From Minisyncoccota bacterium (GTDB lineage: Bacteria > Patescibacteriota > Minisyncoccia > Minisyncoccales > UBA5738), in the NCBI GenBank assembly GCA_025453415.1, contig JALOQL010000002.1, positions 1 through 43,433 of the forward strand: a stretch of 43,433 bases of DNA, written 5' to 3'. Positions 35,280 through 43,280 of this stretch are shown here, piece by piece. The position numbers and the translations under genes were made by a program. Numbering within the stretch: position 1 is the first letter of the stretch; each line of letters opens with the position of its first letter. The notes below the pieces were generated by a model. It did not search any database and had not been told where the DNA came from. It saw only the letters and a program-made list of their open reading frames with translations.

Positions 35280-36362
35280 TTATCTTGCGGACGCCATTTT
35301 TTCGAGCATGGCGGTTATCCTGCCGGCGGCATTGCCGTCCCCGAATTCATTGCCGGGGCGAGTTTGCGGCACCGGGGCGGCAATGGCCTTTTCCATCTTG
35401 CCAATATCCGTCCCCGCCAAAGTGTTCCATCCCGCGGCCACAGTTTCCGGCCAGCAATTTTCTTCCAAAAGAGTCACGCAGGGAACTTCGGTCCAATAGG
35501 CCTCTTTTTGGATGCCGCCGCTGTCGGTAACGATCTTTTTAGCTCCGGATTGAAGCGCCATCATGTCCAGATAACCGACCGGATCGATAAGCTTGATGTT
35601 TTCCGCCGGCCGAATCTTGTTTTTATCCATTGCGGCGCGCGTACGCGGATGGACCGGGAAAACCGCCGGCCCGGTATTGGCAAGCGCTCCCAGGATCCGG
35701 CCCAAAACCGCCGGATCATCCACGTTCTGAGGCCGGTGGATCGTGACCAGCAAATATGTATTTTTTGCCAGCCCGGTTTTTTCGATGATCGTCGAATTGT
35801 CGGCAAAACGTTTTCCGCGCCGGAAAGAATCATACATCAGATCGCCGACGTTATGCGCCCGCTCGCCCAGGCCTTCCCGTTCCAGATTGGCCACCGAAGA
35901 TCGGACCGGGCAAAAGAGCGCGTCCGAAACATGGTCGGCCACCAGCCGGTTGATCTCTTCGGGCATCGCCCGATTGAAAGCGCGCGGCCCGGCTTCGATA
36001 TGGGCAACCAGTATATGCATTTTTGCCGCCACCAGGGCGCCGGCAAGTGTGGAATTGACATCCCCCACCACCGCCACGATATCCGGCGTTTCTTTTTGCA
36101 AAACCTCTTCGATCGCTTCCATCATCCTGGCCGTCTGGCGCGCATGCGTGTCCGAACCGATACCCAGGTTGTAATCCGGTTTGGGAATTTCCAGGTCCTG
36201 GAAAAAAACCTGCGACATCTCATAGTCGTAATGCTGGCCCGTATGGACCAAGACCGGTAAAAAATCAGGATGGTTTCGCCATTGCCAAAAAAGAGGCGCG
36301 ATCTTTATGAAATTCGGCCGCGCCCCCACGACAATGGCAATCTTTTTTTTGTTATCCCCCAT
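35280..36362 (-). CDS. wecB: UDP-N-acetylglucosamine(-uronate) 2-epimerase, non-hydrolysing (WecB/WbpI family)
   Basis: 360 aa. Motifs: IAIVVGARPNFIKIAPL, VHTGQHYDYEMSQVFFQDLEIPKPDYNLGIGS, VVGDVNSTLAGAL, DSGGIQKEA. Confidence 0.9.
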   Translation of the reverse strand: MGDNKKKIAIVVGARPNFIKIAPLFWQWRNHPDFLPVLVHTGQHYDYEMSQVFFQDLEIPKPDYNLGIGSDTHARQTARMMEAIEEVLQKETPDIVAVVGDVNSTLAGALVAAKMHILVAHIEAGPRAFNRAMPEEINRLVADHVSDALFCPVRSSVANLEREGLGERAHNVGDLMYDSFRRGKRFADNSTIIEKTGLAKNTYLLVTIHRPQNVDDPAVLGRILGALANTGPAVFPVHPRTRAAMDKNKIRPAENIKLIDPVGYLDMMALQSGAKKIVTDSGGIQKEAYWTEVPCVTLLEENCWPETVAAGWNTLAGTDIGKMEKAIAAPVPQTRPGNEFGDGNAAGRITAMLEKMASAR

Positions 36363-37458
36363 AGAATTCTTTAATTGTTTTTAGCGCTATTTCCTGTTCA
36401 TCGGCGGAAAATTCCGGATAGATCGGCAAGCTAATAACTTTTTGCGAAATTAGCGCCGCGTTCGGGCAGCTACCGGCCTCGATCCCGAGGTATTCGAATG
36501 CCGGCTGGGAATGCAATGGCACCGAATAATAAACCATCGTCGGGATCTGGCGTTCTTTTAAAAATTTTTGCAGCGCATCCCGCCGGTCGGTCGTGATCGT
36601 GTATTGGTGAAAAACGCATTCCCGGCCGCTTCCGATCCCCGGAAAAATCATATCGCCCGCTCCCGCCAAACTTTCGTTGTATTTTTCGGCAATTCCGATC
36701 CGCAAATCGTTACAGTCGTTCAAATGGCGCAATTTCACCCGCAGGACCGCGGCCTGGATCGCGTCCAGGCGCGAATTGACCCCCAGGGTCAAATGCAAAT
36801 ATTTGTTTGTCGGCGAAGAACCGTGAGCGCGCAATAATTTTATTTTTTGCGCGATATCGTCGTTATCGGTCGTCAGCATTCCCCCGTCGCCGTAAGCCCC
36901 CAAATTCTTGGTCGGGAAAAAGGAAAAACAGCCGATATCGCCGACGGTGCCGCAAAATTTTTGACCGCACTTTGCACCCATCGCCTGCGCCGCGTCCTCG
37001 ATGACATACAAATTACCGTCCTTGGCGATTTTGGAAATCGCCGTCATATCCGCGGCCCGGCCGAAAAGATGGACCGGGATGATCGCTTTGGTTCTGGAAG
37101 TTATCTTTTTTTCGATATCTTCGGGATCGATATTGAACGTTACCGGATCGATATCGACGAAAACCGGCACGGCGCCGCACTGGGCCACCGTTTCGGCCGT
37201 GGCGATGAAAGTAAAATCCGGTACCAGCACTTCATCGCCCGGCCCGATATCCAAGGCTTTCAATGCCAGGTAAAGCGCGTCCGTACCCGAATTGAGAGTA
37301 ATCGCGTGCGCGGTCTCCAAAAAAACGGCCGCCTCTTTTTCAAAAGCCGCCACTTCGGGGCCGCCGATAAAAACGCCGTTTTCCAGCGTTCTCAAAACCG
37401 CCCCGTCAATTTCTTCCTTTATCGATTGATACTGTTTTTTAAGGTCGAAAAATTCCAT
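36352..37458 (-). CDS. wbpE: DegT-family aminotransferase, WbpE/WlbC-like (3-keto-UDP-GlcNAcA aminotransferase by context)
   Basis: 368 aa. Motifs: FFDLKKQYQSIKEEIDGAVLRTLENGVFIGGPEVAAFE, NSGTDALYLALKALDIGPGDEVLVP, EDAAQAMGA, FSFFPTKNLGAYGDGG. The symbol is assigned from neighbourhood only. Confidence 0.85.
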   Translation of the reverse strand: MEFFDLKKQYQSIKEEIDGAVLRTLENGVFIGGPEVAAFEKEAAVFLETAHAITLNSGTDALYLALKALDIGPGDEVLVPDFTFIATAETVAQCGAVPVFVDIDPVTFNIDPEDIEKKITSRTKAIIPVHLFGRAADMTAISKIAKDGNLYVIEDAAQAMGAKCGQKFCGTVGDIGCFSFFPTKNLGAYGDGGMLTTDNDDIAQKIKLLRAHGSSPTNKYLHLTLGVNSRLDAIQAAVLRVKLRHLNDCNDLRIGIAEKYNESLAGAGDMIFPGIGSGRECVFHQYTITTDRRDALQKFLKERQIPTMVYYSVPLHSQPAFEYLGIEAGSCPNAALISQKVISLPIYPEFSADEQEIALKTIKEFYGG

Positions 37459-37467
37459 AATCGATTA

Positions 37468-37896
37468 TTATTTCCCTATTAAAAAAATCCCGAAAATCAC
37501 GCACAAGATACCGGCAAATGAGTAAACGCCCAAGGAAGAATGGAACAGTATCGGCGCGAGCAAAGCAACGAGGACGAATTGGCATGATTTCAATGTTGTC
37601 GCGTAACCAGGATTCGGTGCCATTTTTATCGCGTTAACATCAAAAAAATTAGCAAAAAGCGAAAATATCGCGGCAATGGCAAAAAATAGAAACATTTTCG
37701 GCGTCACGGCGTAAAGATCGCTTTTCTCAATGGCATTCCAGATGAAAAAACCCAGGAACACCAGCCCGAAAAGGAAAAAATTCAAGACCAAGGGTTTGAC
37801 GCCCATCAATAACAATTTTTTATAAACCAATATCATCGCCCCGTAAAAAACCGCGGCCAGCAATCCGCTCACGAACCAATTTTGTATTATTGGCAT
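37468..37896 (-). CDS. Single-EamA-domain small membrane protein (half-size DMT)
   Basis: 142 aa with about 5 hydrophobic spans. It carries APNPGYATTLKSCQFV, the same motif as both halves of 8390..9241. Confidence 0.7.
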   Translation of the reverse strand: MPIIQNWFVSGLLAAVFYGAMILVYKKLLLMGVKPLVLNFFLFGLVFLGFFIWNAIEKSDLYAVTPKMFLFFAIAAIFSLFANFFDVNAIKMAPNPGYATTLKSCQFVLVALLAPILFHSSLGVYSFAGILCVIFGIFLIGK

Positions 37897-37923
37897 AAGA
37901 TTGATCCTCGCCTCTTGCGATAA

Positions 37924-38775
37924 CTAATATTCATAAAAACCCTTTTTTGTTTTACGCCCTAAATATCCTCGTTCTACCATTTCCCGGATAAGCGGACAAG
38001 GACGGTATTTTTTGTCGGAAAAACCCTGCTCAAGACCTTCCATTATCCTCAAACAAACGTCCAAACCAATCAAATCGGCCAGCTCCAGCGGCCCCATGGG
38101 AAATTTGCCGCCTAATTTCATTATTCTGTCGATATCCTCTTTTGACGCAATCCCCTCCTGCAAACAAAAAGCTGCTTCATTGATCATGGGCAAAAGCAGG
38201 CGGTTCAGCAAAAAACCCGGGGAATCCTTGACCAATACCGGAACCTTGCCCAGGTTTCGCGCGAATTCCATCGTTCTTTCCACGGTCTTAGCCGAAGTGT
38301 CCGCGCCGGGCGCGACTTCCACCAGATCGATGATGAACGGCGGATTCATAAAATGCATCCCCGTGATCCGCTCCCTTCCGGACAAATCACGCGCGATCTC
38401 GGAAATCGTGATCGCCGAAGTGTTTGATGCCAAGATCGTTTCCGGCGGACAAGCGCGATCCAGCTCGGCAAAAAGCGCTTTTTTGCTGGCCAAATCCTCA
38501 TTGATCGCTTCGCAAACGAACGCCGCGCCGGCGGCCTCGCCGATATCATCGATAATTCGAACCTGTTTGAGCGCCTTTTCAAAATCGGGCTGGGTGATCT
38601 TTCCTTTTTGAAAATCCTTGCCGAATATTTTGCTGATTTCCGCCGCTGCCCGTTGCCGGGCGGCCGCATCGGGTTCGCAAACCAGCACCGCGTAGCCGCG
38701 TCGGGCGCATAAAACGGCGATTCCCTGCCCCATGACCCCCCCGCCAATGACCGCGATTTTATCCATGGGCTGCAT
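37924..38775 (-). CDS. hbd: 3-hydroxyacyl-CoA (3-hydroxybutyryl-CoA) dehydrogenase
   Basis: 283 aa. Motifs: KIAVIGGGVMGQGIA, ASNTSAITISEIA, GMHFMNPP, SPGFLLNRLLLPMINEA, GPLELADLIGLDV. Confidence 0.9.
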   Translation of the reverse strand: MQPMDKIAVIGGGVMGQGIAVLCARRGYAVLVCEPDAAARQRAAAEISKIFGKDFQKGKITQPDFEKALKQVRIIDDIGEAAGAAFVCEAINEDLASKKALFAELDRACPPETILASNTSAITISEIARDLSGRERITGMHFMNPPFIIDLVEVAPGADTSAKTVERTMEFARNLGKVPVLVKDSPGFLLNRLLLPMINEAAFCLQEGIASKEDIDRIMKLGGKFPMGPLELADLIGLDVCLRIMEGLEQGFSDKKYRPCPLIREMVERGYLGRKTKKGFYEY

Positions 38776-38788
38776 ATTAAAATTGATT

Positions 38789-39370
38789 TTAAGCTAATCC
38801 GACCTCCTGACCTTTCTTGGTATATTTCCGGCCGCAAGCCGAACAGCTTCCCGCTTCTTGGCCACCGGATCCAGAAACAAATTCCAATTTAATGCCGCAT
38901 TCGCAGACCCAACCGATCTGCTTGGCCGGCACGCCCACCATCAACGCGTGATCGGGAACTTGGCCTTTGACCACCGCGCCGGCGCCAATGAGCGCCCATT
39001 TGCCGATGGTCGAACCGCAAACGACCGTCGAGTTGGCGCCAAGAGTAGCACCTTCTTTGACCAGCGTCGGCAACCATTCTTCCTTGGTCTTTGGATATTT
39101 TGCCCGCGGATTCAAATCGTTGGTAAATACCGCCGACGGACCCACAAAAACATAATCCTCCAAGGTAACCTTATGCCAAACATCGGTGTTGGACTGGATC
39201 TTGACGCCGTTGCCGACAGTCACTTCGCCGACCAAGCAATTATGGCCGATAACGCAATTTTCTCCAATGACCGCTCCCTCGAGCACTTGGGCGTTGTGCC
39301 AAATCTTTGTTCCGTCGCCGATAACGGCCTTCGGGGAAACTTCGGCGGTACTATGAATGGTAATCGGCAT
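38789..39370 (-). CDS. wbpD: Hexapeptide-repeat N-acetyltransferase, WbpD/WlbB-like, with C-terminal CxxC...CxxC tail
   Basis: 193 aa. IHSTAEVSPKAVIGDGTKIWHNAQVLEGAVIGENCVIGHNCLV, then the tail WVCECGIKLEF...CSACGRKY. The symbol is assigned from neighbourhood. Confidence 0.85.
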   Translation of the reverse strand: MPITIHSTAEVSPKAVIGDGTKIWHNAQVLEGAVIGENCVIGHNCLVGEVTVGNGVKIQSNTDVWHKVTLEDYVFVGPSAVFTNDLNPRAKYPKTKEEWLPTLVKEGATLGANSTVVCGSTIGKWALIGAGAVVKGQVPDHALMVGVPAKQIGWVCECGIKLEFVSGSGGQEAGSCSACGRKYTKKGQEVGLA

Positions 39371-40151
39371 ATAATTTTTCGATAAGTTCGATGGGCGGCA
39401 AAACCTCGGCGGGAGTCACGCCCTTTCCCCGCGTCAAGTCGCGGTAAACGAACTGGTGCAGGTTTTCTTCGGCTAAATTTTCCTTCTTTGAAAAATTTAC
39501 CTGCTCGCCATTAATGGTAAATTCCCTTTTCCACGGCTCATCGATCTTGGCGCCGACGCTAACCCGCCACGCGCAATCATAGTTCGCGCCTTTAATGATC
39601 CCGGTGCCGGTCTTACCGTCAAACGCATCCATTCTCGCTTCGGTCGCTGGTCCGAAAAGATTCAACAACAGCTCAAAATAGTGAGGGCCTAAAACGAAGA
39701 GCGGGCCGCCCGACCGATCGATATCACCTTTCCAACCCTCGAAATAGTGCCGGTCGCGGTAAACAAAAATATCCATTTTAATATCGTATCGCTCCTTGGC
39801 GGAAATTTCCTTTTCCAAGCGTTGGTATTCCGGATGGTAACGCAATTGCTGGACCACGAATATGTTTTGGCGTTTCATCAAATCGCGGATGTGTTCGGAT
39901 TTGATCGCCATGGGTTTTTCGCTCAAAACGATCTTCCCCGCCTCGTTGGCCGCGACCGCGATCGGATAATGCAGATAATTGGGCGCCAGCACGACAGCGC
40001 AATCCGCCTCGGGATTGGCAACCAATTTTTTCCACTCTTCTCCCCGGCCGTGCGTGATATCGCAAACGTCAACAATCTCGCCGCCGGTTTCGCGGATGGC
40101 CCGCAAATGGTTGCGGAAAATAAATCCTGTACCAATGATAACAAACTTCAT
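39351..40151 (-). CDS. wbpB: Gfo/Idh/MocA-family oxidoreductase, WbpB/WlbA-like (short form)
   Basis: The track start at 40250 overlaps the upstream gene. ATG 40151 (MKFVIIGTGFIFRNHL...) lies 4 nt after the upstream stop. LSEKPMA (EKP motif). 266 aa. 20-nt overlap with the downstream gene. Confidence 0.8.
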   Translation of the reverse strand: MKFVIIGTGFIFRNHLRAIRETGGEIVDVCDITHGRGEEWKKLVANPEADCAVVLAPNYLHYPIAVAANEAGKIVLSEKPMAIKSEHIRDLMKRQNIFVVQQLRYHPEYQRLEKEISAKERYDIKMDIFVYRDRHYFEGWKGDIDRSGGPLFVLGPHYFELLLNLFGPATEARMDAFDGKTGTGIIKGANYDCAWRVSVGAKIDEPWKREFTINGEQVNFSKKENLAEENLHQFVYRDLTRGKGVTPAEVLPPIELIEKLYADYHS

Positions 40152-40155
40152 ATGA

Positions 40156-41478
40156 TTAGAATCGAAAAACATTTTTATGATTGCGCGATTTGACCGCATT
40201 GCGGGTATCGATGACCAGCTTGGCGTTTTCGGCCAATTTTTCATAATCAAAACCCGAATGGTCGGTTAAAATGACCACCGCGTCATAGTCTTCGGCCGCG
40301 CCAATGCCTTCGGCCAAGGAACGCAGCGCTACCGGATGGCCGTTTTTCAGCATGTAATTTCCGGCCGGGACAGAAAATTCGGAAATATGGGGATCGAAAT
40401 AATCAACCTTGGCGCCTTTGCGCAAAAGATTGGCGATGATATCGGCCGCGCCGCCTTCGCGCGGATCGTTGATATCCCTTTTATAGGCCACGCCCCAGAT
40501 CAATATCTTGGAACCGTTGAGGGGTTTCCCGGCCCGGTTGAGCGCAAACCCGGTTTTAGCAACGACATTGTGCGGCATCTGCTCGTTGATCTCCCCGGCA
40601 AGTTCGATAAAACGCAGCCAGAAGTTGTACTCTTTGGCTTTCCATGAAAGATAGAACGGGTCGAGAGGGATGCAATGGCCGCCAACCTTTGGCGAAGGAT
40701 AAAAGGCCTGGAATCCGTAGGGCTTGGTCTTGGCCGCCTCGATCACTTCCCAAATATCAATATCCATCTTGCCGCAAAGGAGCGCCAGCTCATTGATGGC
40801 GGAAATATTGATCAACCGGTAGGTATTTTCCAGGATCTTGGTCATTTCCGCGGCACGCGCCGACGAAACCGGATGGACGTGCTTCAAAAACTGCGAATAG
40901 AACAACGCGGCCAGCTTGGTGCACTCGGGCGTAATCCCGCCCACCACCTTGGGCACTTCGTTGAGCGGCATGGTATTGCCCGGGTCGATGCGCTCGGGCG
41001 CGAACGCCAAATAAAAATCCTGGCCGCACTTCAGCTCGCCTTCCTCGAACATCGGCAAAAGCACCTCGTCGGTCGTACCCGGATAAGTGGTGCTTTCCAG
41101 GACGATCAGCTGCCCCGGCCGCAAATATTTTTTAATTTCCCTTGCCGAATTTTGGATATAGGAAATATCGGGAATCTTGTATTTGTCCAAAGGCGTGGGC
41201 ACGCAAATGATTATCACATCGGCATTCTTGAGCGACGCGAAATCAATCGAAGCGGTAAATTTTTCCGCTTCGATTATTTTTTTGAGGTCGCCGTCTTTCA
41301 CGTCCTGGATGTAGGATTCCCCGCGGTTCAGCGCTTCCACCCTTTTTTGCTGGATATCCAACCCGATGACATTCATCCCGGCATTGGCGATCTCCAGCGC
41401 GTGCGGCAGCCCCACATACCCCATTCCGATTATCGCGACCTTCGCCTCCTTCCTCCCGATCAGTTCATTTAGGTTCAT
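40156..41478 (-). CDS. wbpA: UDP-N-acetyl-hexosamine 6-dehydrogenase (WbpA/WecC/Cap5O family)
   Basis: 440 aa. Motifs: KVAIIGMGYVGLPHALEIANAG, VPTPLD, GGHCIPLDPFYLSWKA. The symbol is assigned from neighbourhood. Confidence 0.9.
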   Translation of the reverse strand: MNLNELIGRKEAKVAIIGMGYVGLPHALEIANAGMNVIGLDIQQKRVEALNRGESYIQDVKDGDLKKIIEAEKFTASIDFASLKNADVIIICVPTPLDKYKIPDISYIQNSAREIKKYLRPGQLIVLESTTYPGTTDEVLLPMFEEGELKCGQDFYLAFAPERIDPGNTMPLNEVPKVVGGITPECTKLAALFYSQFLKHVHPVSSARAAEMTKILENTYRLINISAINELALLCGKMDIDIWEVIEAAKTKPYGFQAFYPSPKVGGHCIPLDPFYLSWKAKEYNFWLRFIELAGEINEQMPHNVVAKTGFALNRAGKPLNGSKILIWGVAYKRDINDPREGGAADIIANLLRKGAKVDYFDPHISEFSVPAGNYMLKNGHPVALRSLAEGIGAAEDYDAVVILTDHSGFDYEKLAENAKLVIDTRNAVKSRNHKNVFRF

Positions 41479-41485
41479 ATTGCCT

Positions 41486-43222
41486 TTATTGGCTTAAAAT
41501 TTCGTTTAATTTCTTGCGCGTCGCCGGGCCCACGTAACCGGTGCCGTTCTTGTACCCGTAGGGCGTCAGGATCGCCGCCGCGTATTTTTCCTGGAATTTG
41601 GTCACCGCCGCTTTGGTTTCTTCGGAATACCGGCCGTTGAGCGTCACCGCCATACCTTCGTTTTTCAAGATCTGCTGGAGGCAGTAGACCTGGTTGTAGT
41701 TTTCGATGCCAAAATACAGGTCGGCGGTTACTTGTTTGCAGGAATAATTCACATTTGCCGTCGCCACAGCCAGTTTGGCTAAAAGAAGCGCGCGCAGCCG
41801 CGCGATCTCTTTTTTCAAATAATCGATCTGCGCCAAAAGCTTTGCCTGCAGATCCTGGTCGTTTTGGCCCGCGCTTGGCTGCGCCAGCGTTACCTGCAAC
41901 GAATACAATAAATGCCCGCCGCTGCCGTTGCTGCCGAATCTCGAGGTTTTTCCGGCCGCGAACGGCATAAGCATCAGCGAAGCATATTGTTTGCCGAAAT
42001 CCGGCAAAGATAAATTCGCCTTCCCGTCGCCGCCCACCGCCAGATCGCCCACTTTGCAGTTTTGGTTATCGGTCGAACAAAGCATATACGGAACCATAAA
42101 ACCGGCTTCGGGCCCGCCCGCAAATGTCAGCGTCAAATTGCCGCCGCCGCCCACGATCTTTTGCCAGCTTCCGGAAAAATAATCCGCGTTATAAGTAACC
42201 CCCAGCGATACCTGGTCGGAACTCGGCAGGAAATTGATGCGCGGAGCGACATTATAGTTTTTGAGGCCCGTGAATTTATAGCAATATTGGCCGCCCAAAC
42301 GGCAATCGTTAGCCGCCAGCGCCACAAGCCAGTTGCGGAAAACCTGGATGAAATCAATGTTATGGCCGTTTTTACGCAAAGCATAATTAAAAGAATCGAT
42401 ACCGGTCTTTTCGGTGAGCATCGTGTCGGCGATCACGCCCGTTCCGTACTGGTCCACAACGTACTGCATGAAAAGATGCGCCGCGCCGTAGTTTGCCGGT
42501 TTGTTCGCCCACTCCACCAAACTCTTGGTCGTGTCTCCAGAAAACGATTTTACCCGCTGTTCGAAATTGCTGCCCGCATAGGGATTGTCGTATCCCAGAA
42601 CAGTCGACGAATAATCCGCGCGCGCCTCGTTGGCCCAAACCTCATCGGTCACGCCACGCAGGCGATCCTTTTGGTTGAAAGTTATCAAATGGGTAAACTC
42701 ATGCGCCAAATAGGCCTTGGCCAGCGCCGCATCGACGAATTTGGTATTAAAATAGACCATTTCCCGCTCGTTGGAGGCCGGCACCTGGTTTTTGGTGTAG
42801 CCATCGCCGGTGTTAATATAACCGCCGGCATCCTTGATCATGGGATGGACCAGGACCGTGATCTTGCCGTCCTTATTGACCACCGGATTGACATCGGTAC
42901 CCCAAAGCGAGGTCAGCTTAGGGGAAATATTGTTGTGAAATTCCGTATCCAGGCTTTGAAACGCGGCGCTGTACTTCACCTTATCGCCGGCCGCCAGGCT
43001 ATTCCACCATTGGTCGTCGACATAAAAATATATCCGGCCACCCACCCAGACCAGAGTGGCCGAAAGCTTGGCGCGGCCGGTCAAATCATAAGTTTTGTCG
43101 ATATTGAAAGTAAAATTGTTGCCGTAAGTGTCGGCAAAAACGCCGTACGGCAAAGATACCGCCAGCGCCGCAAAAACGAGACAAAACAAAAAAGTACCGG
43201 TTTTTACCGCAAAGTTTCGCAT
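41486..43222 (-). CDS. Secreted/anchored putative zinc metallopeptidase (HExxH) with coiled coil and C-terminal peptidoglycan-binding (PG_binding_1-like) domain
   Basis: 578 aa. N-terminal signal/anchor TGTFLFCLVFAALAVSLPYGVFA. Metallopeptidase strings AYLAHEFTHLITF ... WANEARADY. Coiled coil LQAKLLAQIDYLKKEIARLRALLLAKL. C-terminal LQQILKNEGMAVTLNGRYSEETKAAVTKFQEKY. Confidence 0.7.
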   Translation of the reverse strand: MRNFAVKTGTFLFCLVFAALAVSLPYGVFADTYGNNFTFNIDKTYDLTGRAKLSATLVWVGGRIYFYVDDQWWNSLAAGDKVKYSAAFQSLDTEFHNNISPKLTSLWGTDVNPVVNKDGKITVLVHPMIKDAGGYINTGDGYTKNQVPASNEREMVYFNTKFVDAALAKAYLAHEFTHLITFNQKDRLRGVTDEVWANEARADYSSTVLGYDNPYAGSNFEQRVKSFSGDTTKSLVEWANKPANYGAAHLFMQYVVDQYGTGVIADTMLTEKTGIDSFNYALRKNGHNIDFIQVFRNWLVALAANDCRLGGQYCYKFTGLKNYNVAPRINFLPSSDQVSLGVTYNADYFSGSWQKIVGGGGNLTLTFAGGPEAGFMVPYMLCSTDNQNCKVGDLAVGGDGKANLSLPDFGKQYASLMLMPFAAGKTSRFGSNGSGGHLLYSLQVTLAQPSAGQNDQDLQAKLLAQIDYLKKEIARLRALLLAKLAVATANVNYSCKQVTADLYFGIENYNQVYCLQQILKNEGMAVTLNGRYSEETKAAVTKFQEKYAAAILTPYGYKNGTGYVGPATRKKLNEILSQ

Positions 43223-43253
43223 ATTTGTAATATATTACAATTCCCCTTGATTG

Positions 43254-43280
43254 AAAAGCACAGAGGCCTTGCCTCTGTGC
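43254..43280 (-). terminator. Intrinsic terminator of an upstream (off-window) minus-strand transcription unit
   Basis: Perfect 10-bp GC-rich stem gcacagaggc (43258-43267) / gcctctgtgc (43271-43280) with a 3-nt loop. On the minus strand it is followed directly by TTTT (43254-43257). It lies 36 nt upstream of ATG 43222. Confidence 0.5.
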
